Below are positions 41,333-52,040 of a stretch of 56,220 bases of DNA, in pieces. Both the position numbers and the translations under genes were made by a program. This DNA is from a virus: UHGV virus genome UHGV-0008794, one strand, 5' to 3'. Position 1 is the first letter of the stretch. Each line of letters starts with the position of its first letter. The notes under the pieces were generated by a model, which saw nothing but the letters and a program-made list of their open reading frames with translations, was not told the DNA's origin and did no database searches.

Positions 41333-42216
41333 TATAAATCCTCCCAATTATAAGATAGATATACGACCGTTTCAGGAAGATTGTTTCTTCCAAAATTAAG
41401 TTGGTCCCACGTTTTACTCTTCAAATCATCCCATCTTTTTCCATATAACTCAGACCACGATTGCGGTGCATCTTCTACTTGATCAGCTAATCTATGAATA
41501 TCATTCCATCGTTTAGTTTTAAGATCGTTCCAAGTTAGTTTTTTATTTTTAAGATCGGCCCATCGAACTAACCATAACTTATAAGAATTCAAATAAATAT
41601 CGTTAATTCCTTCTGTAAAAAGAATATCGTTAAGTTTATACGTTCCTGCTGGAATCAATGTCTCATTATCTTTCCATGTTATCCAACATGGCTCGCTACA
41701 TTCGATTATCGGATGAACCGGTCGTCTTCCACTTTGCAGTTGAAATAAACGTCCACCCGTGGCATTAAGACGATATGTCATCTTTTCCTTGATTTTATAA
41801 GGATTAGCATCGATTGTGATCTTGATATCGCCAAGAATTCCACTGGAATATGCGCTATGATTATAAGCACTAACGCTGAAACGTCCGTGGTAGGTATAGC
41901 CAGGATCCATAGTCATGGTATAGTCAAACGATTTACCATGAAGAAAATTAGATATCTTTGTCTTTACCCACTCAAAGTTTTTAACATCAATAAGCGCAAA
42001 TTCAAATTCTTGATGGCGATTGTTATAAACCACATCTCCGGTAAAAGATTCTGTAAGATCTATAACGCCGTTTCCACCAGGTATATCAACCGTATAAGTT
42101 TTAGGTTCAGGCGGATCTAGCGTATACCCATCCAGAAGAACCATCTGATAGGTTATCGAAAGATCCACGCCATTAACAATAAGCCTATTATCAGGTAAAT
42201 CTGGATAGGTACTCAC
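41332..42216 (-). CDS. distal tail protein (Dit)-like, C-terminal Trp repeats
   Basis: 294 aa; position directly after TMP; C-terminus has 5 repeats of W-x-DL-K-x-K-x-W (WADLKNKKLTWNDLKTKRWNDIHRL...WSELYGKRWDDLKSKTWDQL). Confidence 0.5.
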   Translation of the reverse strand: MSTYPDLPDNRLIVNGVDLSITYQMVLLDGYTLDPPEPKTYTVDIPGGNGVIDLTESFTGDVVYNNRHQEFEFALIDVKNFEWVKTKISNFLHGKSFDYTMTMDPGYTYHGRFSVSAYNHSAYSSGILGDIKITIDANPYKIKEKMTYRLNATGGRLFQLQSGRRPVHPIIECSEPCWITWKDNETLIPAGTYKLNDILFTEGINDIYLNSYKLWLVRWADLKNKKLTWNDLKTKRWNDIHRLADQVEDAPQSWSELYGKRWDDLKSKTWDQLNFGRNNLPETVVYLSYNWEDL

Positions 42217-45200
42217 TATAATCTTCCTCTCTTAGATAATGTTCCAAGCTCTCGATTCATCGGTTTTGCAATCGATGCCGCAAGCTTCTTACCATCGACA
42301 TACATAGCATTCTCCATATTAGACAAAGTATCGTTATAAGTGCTAATATCAGAACGAAGATTCTTAAGCGATTCAAGAACGTCATTATTACTTTTAACAG
42401 TAGCAGCTCGTTCCTGTTCAAAACTCTTTTGCATTGCTTGAACAGGACTAATGACCTGTGCGTTAGCAATACGTGCATTGTAAGTAAAAGTTTTACTTGC
42501 ATTAAATCCGCTCAACGTTCGAAGATTAGATGCATCGACAACTGGAGTAATGACTGGAGAATATGAATTCGCATTAATCTCCAAACTAGACATGCTATTC
42601 TTTAAGCCAGTTAGAGCTTCATTACCAACAAGCTCGCCAGATTTACGTACTTTGTGCAACAGGTCTTCCATACCATTAATAAGACCTTGATCGTAATAAC
42701 GACCCATCTTAGCAGTAGCTTTAGATGGAGAAGCTTCGTCAAGAGCCTCATGAGTAGCAGCCAATGCTTCCGTAGCAACGTTAATAGCAGCAGATATTAC
42801 TCCAGATCTTCCGTCTTGAATTCCATTTTGAAGTCCGATCATCATGTTGAGACCAGCTTGATAGAACGCTTCATTATTTGTACTAATCGAATTCGATAAG
42901 TCTGCTGCAAGATTCTGGACCACGGTAATAACGTTCTGACGGCCAGTATCAATAGCGTCTTTCAAAGCATTCAGAAGATTATCGCCAGCCTGTCTGAACG
43001 AGTCTTGACCGCTATTAATGGCGTCCTGACCGCTAGTAACAATATCGTTACAAACGTTCGTCATGGTTCCCGAAACTTCTCCAGATTTATCGTTAAATGC
43101 GCCGCTAAGAGCATCCATGGTCGAATTTCCCATATTGCGAGCCGAGTCGGTCATTGAACCGGTAGCATTGTCGATACTCGTATGCAATAAATTTAGAGCA
43201 TCGGTCAAACCAGGAACTGTGTTATTAATTCCCGAGGCTAAATCCGAAAGTCCTTGAGCAACCTGAACAGATGCTTCGGATAAAGCTTGATTAAAGTTCG
43301 GAAGTCCCATGTCGCCGATATCATTAATGGTTGTAGCAAAATTCTTAATACCTTCGGTATCAATGCCAGCGGCATCATTAACAAGTTCTACAACTTTCAT
43401 GCATGCAGAAGAAGCGGCTTCAACTTGATCGGTTTCAATACCATTAACAGCATCAGCATAAGATTTTAGTCCTTCACCAAGATTACTGCCAGCTGCAGCA
43501 AAACCGGTATAATCTTTACCGCCACTAATAATAGAATCTAATCCTCCCGAATTGCCGAGAAGATCAAACGCCTCTATCAAATTACGAAGAGGGGAAATGG
43601 TGTTTTCAACAATTTCTGGATCAACGCCATTAACGGAATCAAAATAGCTTTTAAAACCTTCGCCAAAGCTCTTCATAGCGCTAGAAACAGAACCATAGTC
43701 TTTACCGCCGGATATAATAGAATCAAGTCCGCCAGAATTCCCAAGACTATTAAATGCTTCCATCAAACCAGTTAAAGCGGGCAAACTATCTTGTACGGCA
43801 TCGAATAGAACATCCTTAATATTATCGCTATAATTAGCTAATCCCGTGCCAAGTTTACCCATGTTATTTGCAAAGTTATCGAGATCTTTAGAGCCCGTAA
43901 AGAACTGAGCAGCACCACCAGTATCGGTTAATCCAGATTGTACTTCACAGATAGCCTTCAATGCTTCGATCGCTGGGTTAATGTTACTAAAAGTAAGATT
44001 TGCAATTTGGCCATCGAAATTAGATAATCCTTCTCCAAGTTTACCTAAATTATCAGCAAAGTTTCCAAGATCCTTAGAACCAATAATTTGCTGTAAGAAT
44101 CCGCCTTCTTCTGGAATTCCTTGTGCCAATTCAGTAAGGGTTTTAGCGGCATTTGCAGCATTGCTCACAGAATCCGGGTCGACATCCTTAATAGCTTCGG
44201 CAAATTGAGCGACACCTTCTCCAAGAGCCTTAAGTTTACTACCAAACGAAGCTGGATCTTGCACACCCATGATAGTCTGCAAGACTCCTCCTTCCTTAGG
44301 AAGGTTGGTAGTAAATTCGGCTAAAGTTTTTGCAGCGTTAGCGGCTCCCGTAACAGCTTCAGTATTAATATCTTTTGCGATATTTCCAAACTCCAATAAA
44401 TATGGAGCAAACTCAGCCATCTTTTGACCAAAACCGACAATGTCAACATGGCCCATAATACCCTGAAGAAGGCCACCATCTTTAGGCAAATTATTAGCAA
44501 ATTCAGCTAAAGTTTTTGCAGCATTTGCAGCGCCATTAACAGCATCAGCATCAATATCTTTGACCATTGTGCTAAATACCAAGAAATATGGAGCAAACTC
44601 AGCAAGTTGCTTACCAAAGTCAGCTAATGTGGCCTTTCCGGTAAACCAGCTCGTTATAGCATCGAGCAATTCTGCGCCACTGATTGCTAACAATGCCACA
44701 GCAAGATTAGACATAGCTGAACCAATATTTGGATCCAGACCCTTCATGGAATCAAAGAACGGTTGAGCGTTATTTGCGAAATCCGATAAGCTACTACCAA
44801 CTGAGGGGAGAGCGTTAGCTATAGAACTCAAAGCTCCACCAACAACGCCACCAACAATTCCGCCAAAGAACGAGCCAAGAGCCTCGCCAATAGATTGTAA
44901 GAATTCTTTACCTTCATTAACAATCCATTTTGCTCCGGGAATCTGAGCTAATCCACCCATAGCAACAACAATGGCAGATATGCCGCCAATAATCATCGCC
45001 ATGGTAGCAACGCCCTTTGCTGCTTCAACCAATGGAACCATTCCAAGAACGGCTATAGCAGAGCTTGCAGCCAATAATGTACCAGATAAAGCGGTAGCTA
45101 CTTGCAATGCCGCATTTGGATCAAGCGAAGCTAACTGATGAAGAACTGCGCCAATACCAGCAATTACTGACATCATAACTGCTAATTTGGCAACGGTCTT

Positions 45201-48200
45201 CAAAGAGAATGACGGTAAAGTATTCATCGCTTCAGTAAGCATGTAAAGAACTGCGATGACTGCCGATAATCCAACAGCTCCAGAAAGCACTTGATTTGTA
45301 TCCATTCCACCAAGCATTTTGATAGGATACATGATAGCTGTTAAACCAACACCAAGAACAATGAGTGACGCTCCAAGTTGTGCTAAACCAGCTGCGGTCT
45401 TACCCATAGTTTTAACATGCGCTGTCAATTTATCGCAAGCAATGTAAAGAATAGCTAAAGCAGCAGAAAGACCAATAAGTCCCTGAACAAGACTTGCAGT
45501 ATTCATGTCACCAAGCATCTTAATCGGTCCAGCCAACATCGATATGGCTAAAGCAAATCCCATAAATGCTAAAGAAGCTTTACCCATGGTTTTAGCGTTA
45601 ACGTTCTTGGATACGCCTTTCATAGCTTTAACTAGGATAAACAAACTTCCACCAATAGCGACTAAAGATTTAGCAATCTCCTCAATTGACATTGAACCCA
45701 TCTGAACCAAAGCAGAAGCAAGAATTTTCATTGCTATAGATAAAGCAACCATTGCGGCGGCAGATTCAACAACTTGCTCCTTTGGCAAAAAACCAACAGC
45801 CTTAAGCATAATTACCAAACCGCCGCCAATACCGACCAAACCTTTTGCGATGTCACTAACAGACATAGTCGACATAACAGTAATAGCTTCGGTAAATTTA
45901 TTCAATGCGTCAGTAATAGCCCACATACCACCTGAGACTTCCAAGAAAGTCTGAGTCAATCCAGCTTTATTAAGAATCTTCATGGTAACAATAAGAATGC
46001 CGAAAAATCCAAGCATTGATGCTAGGCCTTTTATAATTGTACCCCATTCAATTTCTTGATAGGTTTTAAAAGTATCGGCCATGTTTCCAAGAACTTGCGA
46101 AAATGTAACAAAAACAGCAGCCATAGCGGCAATTTTAGTAATCTCGAGGTTGGCAAAACCCTTTGAAATGATTTTAATAGCGGCGACAATACCTGCTGCG
46201 GCAATTGAAGCATTTAATACTGAATCGAAATTAACATCATTAAATTCTCGCATCGCACTTGCAAGTATCTTTAATGAAACCGCAAACGATATAAGAATAA
46301 CACATGTTTTAACCATTCCGCTATCAATCTTACTAAGAATTTTAGTAGAAATAACAAGCATGCCACAAGCAGCGGCAATGGCCGTAATACCAACTGCAAT
46401 ATCGCTAAAATCCAAATCAGAAAATGAATGAATTGCAGAAGAAAGAAGTTTAATAGCCAAAGAAAACGCAATCAATGACGCACAGGTTTTAATAATATCA
46501 TTACTTTGACCAATGGTTTTAGTTGCAATTACTAATAAAGCAACTGAAGCTGCTACGCCACCAAGACCTTTTGCTAGATCACCCAAAGACATAGAGCCCA
46601 TAACTTCAATAGAACTTGCAAGAATACGAATAGAAGCTGCAAACAGTAACATAGATAATGCGACATTACGAAGCTGTTTTGCTAATTCGCCCATATTCTT
46701 AATTTCTTCAGAACCCTTAGCGAATTTTCGTATAAAAACAAGAATGCCTGCAGCTGTGGCAGCTAATATAGCTAATACGCCACTCAACGCACCAAGACTT
46801 GCAACTATTTGGTCTGCTGGAATACTAGAAATGGCTTTAAGTGATAGAGCAAGAACGCCCAATGCAATAGCGATTTTTAAAACAATATTTGCTTGAATCG
46901 ATTGAGCAAAAGCCTTGATTGAATCTTTTGCAGAATTTAAAACTCCAGCAAATGCGTCGATAGAGCCACCGATTTTGTCAAAGATTTCCGATATCTTACT
47001 AAATATATTAGTAGCTTCTTTTATTTTATCATCACTTTGCTTTAAGAAAGTAGAAATACGATACATAATGACACTGAATAAAGTGTCCTGCACCATCGAA
47101 TTAACTTCGTGAACAGGTATGGTTTCTAATAAAGTTGTTATAACCTGTCCAACAGCTGTAATAGCAGCACTTAAAGCTTCAGGAATAACATCGATTAAAT
47201 GAAGAAATATCTCAGTTAAACCTTGAGCAGCCGTACCTGCTCCTCCAGTTAAGTTCGCAATACCTTGAGTAACTTTTCCCACTTCATTAGTTAAAGCACC
47301 AAGAAGTGTAGTGATTAGAGTAGCAACACCACTGATGACATTGCCAACAACACTGAATCCGCCACTAAGAACGTTTAAAGCGACATCAAACAATGAAGAG
47401 AAATTAATAGCTTGAGATAATTGAGTAGCTAACTGCTTAACTGCTTCATAAATGGACTTTAACCCGTTTACGGCATCGCGGAATCCTTTTGTTTCCGTAA
47501 CCTGATTAACAAATTGGTCTAAACGCCAAAGCAAACCAATTAATCCATTATCTAATAAATGAGTGTTATCAATTAAGCCTTTGAAATCCTTGCCTACAGT
47601 AACAACGATTTCTCCAGCCTTCTTCAATACTTTAGCTACATCTGAAACTATTATACGAAGATGATCGGCGTCCTCTTCACTAAGAACAAGACCCGCCGTG
47701 AAGTCTTTAAGTTTATTAGTAAGATCCAGCAATTGTTCAGCAGTAGTGGCTGGAAACACATCTCGAATTCCAGCGCTAACAGAATTAACAATTTTCATTA
47801 ACGCGTTAAAAGAATTCCATAACGAATCAATCAATGCCTGACGACCGCCCATGTCCGCCCATGATTGAACCATCTCATTACGAGCATTTGCCGAATCGTT
47901 AATCATTTTTGACAAAACGTCGGAAACTTCTGTCCAAAGAGCTTTAGCCTCTTCGAAATCGCCGATAATTGTACGCCAAGTTTGAGTCCAACCGGAACCA
48001 AGAGCTTCTTTTAATGTATCGATAAGCTGAGAAAACGTTTTAACCTTAGTAGCAGCTTCTCCAGCTGTTTTAGCCATATCTGCAATGTTTTTAGCCTCTT
48101 CTTCGGTATAACCTTGATCGATGAGAGACTTCATCACATTTTCATAATCCTCTGCCGTTTCAACATTCAAAGAGAACTGTTTAAGTGTTTCTGTTAACAC

Positions 48201-48998
48201 TTCAGTAGTTAACCAACCCTCTTGTAAAGATTCTCGGAAGGAGCCTTTTGCTTCAATAGCTGCTTTGGCACCAGTCTGTAAATGCTCGGAAGTTCGAATA
48301 AGAGCGTCCTGGAATACCTGACCACCCATACCAGCGTTAACGACCGAATTCCAGTCCATAAGCTTGACGGTGCCAGAAGCAATAGCTTGAGAAAGCTGAT
48401 ACATAGCCGTAGACGCTTGCTGAGACGTCGAACCGGAGACGGCCGCAAGGTTTGCAATACCCTGAATACTATCTACCGACGTTTGTAGTCCAACGCCAGC
48501 AGCCGTAAATGTACCGATATTACGAGTCATCTCTGTAAAGTTATAAATCGTTTTATCGGCATACGTATTCAAAGTATCCAATGCGGCATTAACTTGATCA
48601 ATGTTCGTGCCTTCTTTTTGAGTGTTGGCAAGAATCGTTTGAACAGCGTTGATCTGAGTTTCATACTCAGCAAAACCATCTAATATGGGTTTAATGGTTA
48701 GTGCTTTAGTGATTTGTGTACCAGCATTAATAGCGGCGTTTGTAATGTTCTGAATAACGGTCATTCCAACAATGCCTAGAGTATCAAAGCGCTGTTTCAC
48801 ACTTTCTACTCCAGAAGCAATGCCTGCCAAACTAAAAGAATTTACCTGTTTTTGTAAATTCTTCATATTATCGGCAGCGCCTTTAAAATTAAGACCGCTT
48901 TTTAATTTTTCAATTGAAGAAAGGGAAGTTTTAACGCCCTTTTCAAATTGAGCATTATCGAATCGTAAATGAACCACTCGTTCGTCAACACTACTCAT
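42216..48998 (-). CDS. tail tape measure protein (about 2260 aa)
   Basis: size; long Ala/Gly/Ile-rich TM-like stretches (aa ~700-1300); at least six ~45-aa tandem repeats (GGxLQxIxGxKDxxxFxxxLGxLGEGLxxF...); start moved past ATGGAAGGAGGTAAC leader. Confidence 0.85.
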   Translation of the reverse strand: MSSVDERVVHLRFDNAQFEKGVKTSLSSIEKLKSGLNFKGAADNMKNLQKQVNSFSLAGIASGVESVKQRFDTLGIVGMTVIQNITNAAINAGTQITKALTIKPILDGFAEYETQINAVQTILANTQKEGTNIDQVNAALDTLNTYADKTIYNFTEMTRNIGTFTAAGVGLQTSVDSIQGIANLAAVSGSTSQQASTAMYQLSQAIASGTVKLMDWNSVVNAGMGGQVFQDALIRTSEHLQTGAKAAIEAKGSFRESLQEGWLTTEVLTETLKQFSLNVETAEDYENVMKSLIDQGYTEEEAKNIADMAKTAGEAATKVKTFSQLIDTLKEALGSGWTQTWRTIIGDFEEAKALWTEVSDVLSKMINDSANARNEMVQSWADMGGRQALIDSLWNSFNALMKIVNSVSAGIRDVFPATTAEQLLDLTNKLKDFTAGLVLSEEDADHLRIIVSDVAKVLKKAGEIVVTVGKDFKGLIDNTHLLDNGLIGLLWRLDQFVNQVTETKGFRDAVNGLKSIYEAVKQLATQLSQAINFSSLFDVALNVLSGGFSVVGNVISGVATLITTLLGALTNEVGKVTQGIANLTGGAGTAAQGLTEIFLHLIDVIPEALSAAITAVGQVITTLLETIPVHEVNSMVQDTLFSVIMYRISTFLKQSDDKIKEATNIFSKISEIFDKIGGSIDAFAGVLNSAKDSIKAFAQSIQANIVLKIAIALGVLALSLKAISSIPADQIVASLGALSGVLAILAATAAGILVFIRKFAKGSEEIKNMGELAKQLRNVALSMLLFAASIRILASSIEVMGSMSLGDLAKGLGGVAASVALLVIATKTIGQSNDIIKTCASLIAFSLAIKLLSSAIHSFSDLDFSDIAVGITAIAAACGMLVISTKILSKIDSGMVKTCVILISFAVSLKILASAMREFNDVNFDSVLNASIAAAGIVAAIKIISKGFANLEITKIAAMAAVFVTFSQVLGNMADTFKTYQEIEWGTIIKGLASMLGFFGILIVTMKILNKAGLTQTFLEVSGGMWAITDALNKFTEAITVMSTMSVSDIAKGLVGIGGGLVIMLKAVGFLPKEQVVESAAAMVALSIAMKILASALVQMGSMSIEEIAKSLVAIGGSLFILVKAMKGVSKNVNAKTMGKASLAFMGFALAISMLAGPIKMLGDMNTASLVQGLIGLSAALAILYIACDKLTAHVKTMGKTAAGLAQLGASLIVLGVGLTAIMYPIKMLGGMDTNQVLSGAVGLSAVIAVLYMLTEAMNTLPSFSLKTVAKLAVMMSVIAGIGAVLHQLASLDPNAALQVATALSGTLLAASSAIAVLGMVPLVEAAKGVATMAMIIGGISAIVVAMGGLAQIPGAKWIVNEGKEFLQSIGEALGSFFGGIVGGVVGGALSSIANALPSVGSSLSDFANNAQPFFDSMKGLDPNIGSAMSNLAVALLAISGAELLDAITSWFTGKATLADFGKQLAEFAPYFLVFSTMVKDIDADAVNGAANAAKTLAEFANNLPKDGGLLQGIMGHVDIVGFGQKMAEFAPYLLEFGNIAKDINTEAVTGAANAAKTLAEFTTNLPKEGGVLQTIMGVQDPASFGSKLKALGEGVAQFAEAIKDVDPDSVSNAANAAKTLTELAQGIPEEGGFLQQIIGSKDLGNFADNLGKLGEGLSNFDGQIANLTFSNINPAIEALKAICEVQSGLTDTGGAAQFFTGSKDLDNFANNMGKLGTGLANYSDNIKDVLFDAVQDSLPALTGLMEAFNSLGNSGGLDSIISGGKDYGSVSSAMKSFGEGFKSYFDSVNGVDPEIVENTISPLRNLIEAFDLLGNSGGLDSIISGGKDYTGFAAAGSNLGEGLKSYADAVNGIETDQVEAASSACMKVVELVNDAAGIDTEGIKNFATTINDIGDMGLPNFNQALSEASVQVAQGLSDLASGINNTVPGLTDALNLLHTSIDNATGSMTDSARNMGNSTMDALSGAFNDKSGEVSGTMTNVCNDIVTSGQDAINSGQDSFRQAGDNLLNALKDAIDTGRQNVITVVQNLAADLSNSISTNNEAFYQAGLNMMIGLQNGIQDGRSGVISAAINVATEALAATHEALDEASPSKATAKMGRYYDQGLINGMEDLLHKVRKSGELVGNEALTGLKNSMSSLEINANSYSPVITPVVDASNLRTLSGFNASKTFTYNARIANAQVISPVQAMQKSFEQERAATVKSNNDVLESLKNLRSDISTYNDTLSNMENAMYVDGKKLAASIAKPMNRELGTLSKRGRL

Positions 48999-49372
48999 GC
49001 GGACGTTACCTCCTTCCATAAATCTTCGGTCATTTTATCAAATACCGGTCGAATGGCAGGATTAATATAATCTCGTCCTTCAACATACCCACCAGTTCTA
49101 GTTCCATGACCATATTGCAAAATAACCGCAATATTAACGCCTTTATTAATATTGGTATTAATCCAGTATAAATTAAGACTTGTTTGTCCTATATAAATTT
49201 CATAATCCCAAGAAGCAGCGGTCTTACCAGAGTCAACTGGTGTAGCATTAGCTAAAACTTGGGCGCCTATTTTACCATACTTGTTAAGAATCCTGATCCA
49301 TTTCTGTTGTCGATTAAAACTGAGAAATTTTTCAAGATTCTTAAAAGCACCAGTTTGAGTAATTTCTATCAT
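48995..49372 (-). CDS. hypothetical structural/assembly protein (125 aa)
   Basis: ORF track; ATGA overlap with TMP start. Confidence 0.4.
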   Translation of the reverse strand: MIEITQTGAFKNLEKFLSFNRQQKWIRILNKYGKIGAQVLANATPVDSGKTAASWDYEIYIGQTSLNLYWINTNINKGVNIAVILQYGHGTRTGGYVEGRDYINPAIRPVFDKMTEDLWKEVTSA

Positions 49373-49398
49373 CAGTTGACTCCATTTTGACCTACTGA

Positions 49399-49662
49399 CT
49401 ACAGCTTGATCTTTTCGATCTTAGCACGAGTCTCAAGACAAACCAAATACGAATGCATCAAATCGCCCTGATGTTGAAGAAGCTCGATAGGACAATCCGG
49501 TTCGAAATCAAGTTTACCAAGATAATACTTTTCAACCATCTTAGACAAGGATTCATAACGACGTCGAAGTTGCCAATATTCGGCGACAAAACGTTCTTTA
49601 TAATCTTCGCTAAGCATCATATCAACAGTATCTTTGATTTCAATCTTTTTACGAGTAGCCAT
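49399..49662 (-). CDS. hypothetical protein, possible tail assembly chaperone (87 aa)
   Basis: position upstream of TMP. Confidence 0.3.
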   Translation of the reverse strand: MATRKKIEIKDTVDMMLSEDYKERFVAEYWQLRRRYESLSKMVEKYYLGKLDFEPDCPIELLQHQGDLMHSYLVCLETRAKIEKIKL

Positions 49663-49665
49663 CAG

Positions 49666-50205
49666 TTAACCTTTCGTTTTCATCTTAGCTCTTCTTTCAG
49701 CATTTAATCGTCTTTGTTGAGCAAGAACCTCATCTTTAGACATCTTCTTAGGCGGACTACTCTTTTCAGAGACCACCCGAATCAATGTTAACAAACGATT
49801 TAAATGCCATTTCTCGCATTCAAACGGAATTCCCAAAGCTATCATATCATAATAAAGAATCTCAGCAGTTATGACAGCTCGATCATTATTTCCACCACGA
49901 TTATTAAACCAAGTAGCGGTCATTGGATCATTCATATAATCATTAATCGCCTTAACGGCTCGACTATCAAGATTATTAAATACTGAAGGTTTTACATTCT
50001 TCGTTATAGTCATACATCGATAATAATCCAAAAGTTGTTCATCCGTTTTATCTTTATCAGAAAGAAAAGGGATATGCCATTTACTTTCCCATTTAGCGAG
50101 AGAAAGAAGAGAATGCTCCATTGTTAAAACGCATCCTTTTTGAATGACGAATTCATTAGTACGTTCATCATAGAACTCAACGTCTGGAATTTTTACTTGA
50201 AGCAT
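49666..50205 (-). CDS. hypothetical tail-module protein (179 aa)
   Basis: ORF track. Confidence 0.4.
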   Translation of the reverse strand: MLQVKIPDVEFYDERTNEFVIQKGCVLTMEHSLLSLAKWESKWHIPFLSDKDKTDEQLLDYYRCMTITKNVKPSVFNNLDSRAVKAINDYMNDPMTATWFNNRGGNNDRAVITAEILYYDMIALGIPFECEKWHLNRLLTLIRVVSEKSSPPKKMSKDEVLAQQRRLNAERRAKMKTKG

Positions 50206-50219
50206 TCTCTGTCCAATAA

Positions 50220-50657
50220 CTAATTACTGAATTTAGCTTCGATAACGTTCGAATTCTCCGACACCATCGAAGACAACGACTTACGATTCTCATCAACATC
50301 GATCTTTTTGCAGACATTATTGATAAATTTCGCAGCTTCATCAGCATTCATCATAAATTCGACAAACATGTTCGAATATGCTTCAGAAGCAAGGAACTGA
50401 TCGGTATACTCTGGCTTCTTTTCAAAATGACGACCATCAACCGAACGCTTACCATAGCTCATACGAACAACGGTTTCAAACAACGGAAGAAGTTTCGTGG
50501 TTTCTTCAGTATCAATGATCTTCTGAATAACATTTGTCATACCACCCTCTTGACTGTATTCCATCTTAAGAATCTCAGCCTGAGTCATATGAAAATAGAA
50601 GTCTTCTGTACGTTCGGTACCGTTAAAATCAGTATAGGTAATGGTTTTCTTGTACAT
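50220..50657 (-). CDS. hypothetical tail-module protein, possible chaperone (145 aa)
   Basis: ORF track; acidic. Confidence 0.35.
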   Translation of the reverse strand: MYKKTITYTDFNGTERTEDFYFHMTQAEILKMEYSQEGGMTNVIQKIIDTEETTKLLPLFETVVRMSYGKRSVDGRHFEKKPEYTDQFLASEAYSNMFVEFMMNADEAAKFINNVCKKIDVDENRKSLSSMVSENSNVIEAKFSN

Positions 50658-50696
50658 AAGGTAAAACTCCTTTCAAAAATTTAATTCTATTTTGAC

Positions 50697-51413
50697 TTAC
50701 TTAGAGACAACCGACTTGGACTGACTGGACGCTTCTTGAGAAGCAACAACACCCATGAGAGCAATAACCTCAGCAGGCGTAGGAAGCTTAGCGTTAGCCG
50801 TTTCATCCTTGCCGTACAACATGTCCTCAAGCTCCTTCACCTTTTCGGGATCAGCGAATCGAGTGTCGATCACCAGAGTAGCCGTCGGCTTATAGCCAGC
50901 AACATTTATCGGAGTCGTCTTAACTTCCCAGCTAAAGGTAATAGCGTCCGGCGAATCATTAACAGTCGCATAAGACTTCTCGGAAGGAGAAGCGGTGCAG
51001 CCATAAACAATGTGAATCTTATAACCGTCGTCTGCAGTAGTTGCAGTATCATTACCAACATTGGTACGATACGAGAAGCCAAAGCCCTTACGCTCCTGCT
51101 GACCAGCAAATACGCCCTTTGCAACCTGGACAGAACCATCGCATTCGGCGAATTCATCGGGATAAGTATATGCTTCGATCGTGCATCCAAACGTCTCGGT
51201 CGAACGAAGAGTAGCATACTTTCCGTTATCTGCATACAAATCAGTAGCCTCAGCGCCCTCTGGGGATTCGGTAACAGCAGTAAGACCATTCCAAGCTACG
51301 CCTTTTGCATAAGCGCCCTGCGCATCCATCGGATAAAGAACACCTCGATCGGTGCCGTTTTCATAAAAACGCTTACCTACTGCATCCCATTCAATAGCTT
51401 TTTCTCCAGCCAT
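50697..51413 (-). CDS. major tail protein (siphovirus-type)
   Basis: about 238 aa; composition/size and position downstream of neck genes; GGAGTG RBS before MAGEKAIEW. Confidence 0.45.
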   Translation of the reverse strand: MAGEKAIEWDAVGKRFYENGTDRGVLYPMDAQGAYAKGVAWNGLTAVTESPEGAEATDLYADNGKYATLRSTETFGCTIEAYTYPDEFAECDGSVQVAKGVFAGQQERKGFGFSYRTNVGNDTATTADDGYKIHIVYGCTASPSEKSYATVNDSPDAITFSWEVKTTPINVAGYKPTATLVIDTRFADPEKVKELEDMLYGKDETANAKLPTPAEVIALMGVVASQEASSQSKSVVSK

Positions 51414-51424
51414 GAACATCACTC

Positions 51425-51733
51425 CTAAAAGTAAAGATTAAAAATATCATGATTCAAATTATCTGCTGTATAATGCCTATCGAAAGTACACATTGGCATA
51501 ATTGCCATTTTATCAACAATCTCACTATCTGGATCTTGGTCGATAATTGTTATTTGATACCGTTTTGTAAAACGATAAGCATTATTATCAGCAAAAGAAG
51601 TATCACCAGTGCTACGCTTATAAACGATACATGGATACTTCATCGTTATACTAGCAGGAGGTTGAAAATAGACATTATTCGATCCTAGAATTTTCTTCAG
51701 TCGTTCGTGAAGAATCAATCGCCTCTCGTCCAT
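51425..51733 (-). CDS. neck/head-tail joining protein (102 aa)
   Basis: track start is TTG; ATG with GGAGGTG RBS; 59-nt overlap with upstream gene. Confidence 0.4.
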   Translation of the reverse strand: MDERRLILHERLKKILGSNNVYFQPPASITMKYPCIVYKRSTGDTSFADNNAYRFTKRYQITIIDQDPDSEIVDKMAIMPMCTFDRHYTADNLNHDIFNLYF

Positions 51734-52040
51734 TATACACACCTCCAACAGTAATACGAAGACGGGGGTGCTCGACAGTAATATCTTTTACTTTCCAGCA
51801 AACCCCCATCCATTTAATGTATCGAATGGCAAAGACTTTTTGATAAGCGTAACTGTCAGCAACGATTGTGATGATATTGCTAATATTCACATTATCGTTA
51901 AGATTTTCAGAACCTTCATGCTGACGAGTATCGCGAATAACATCGCCTCGGTAATTATGTTCTTCGATAACTTCTTGAAAAACGCCCGGACGAATTTCTT
52001 TTGTTTCAGCGAAGCCTATTGGTCCATAAAACTTTGCCAT
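51675..52040 (-). CDS. head-tail connector/adaptor-like protein (121 aa)
   Basis: position right after capsid gene. Confidence 0.4.
   Translation of the reverse strand: MAKFYGPIGFAETKEIRPGVFQEVIEEHNYRGDVIRDTRQHEGSENLNDNVNISNIITIVADSYAYQKVFAIRYIKWMGVCWKVKDITVEHPRLRITVGGVYNGREAIDSSRTTEENSRIE

Noticed and set aside
49399-49662. Programmed -1 frameshift between tail assembly chaperone genes upstream of the tape measure gene
   Set aside because: Gene order here (four ORFs between the major tail protein and the tape measure protein) does not show the typical overlapping G/GT pair with a slippery heptamer that I could identify by eye; not claimed.
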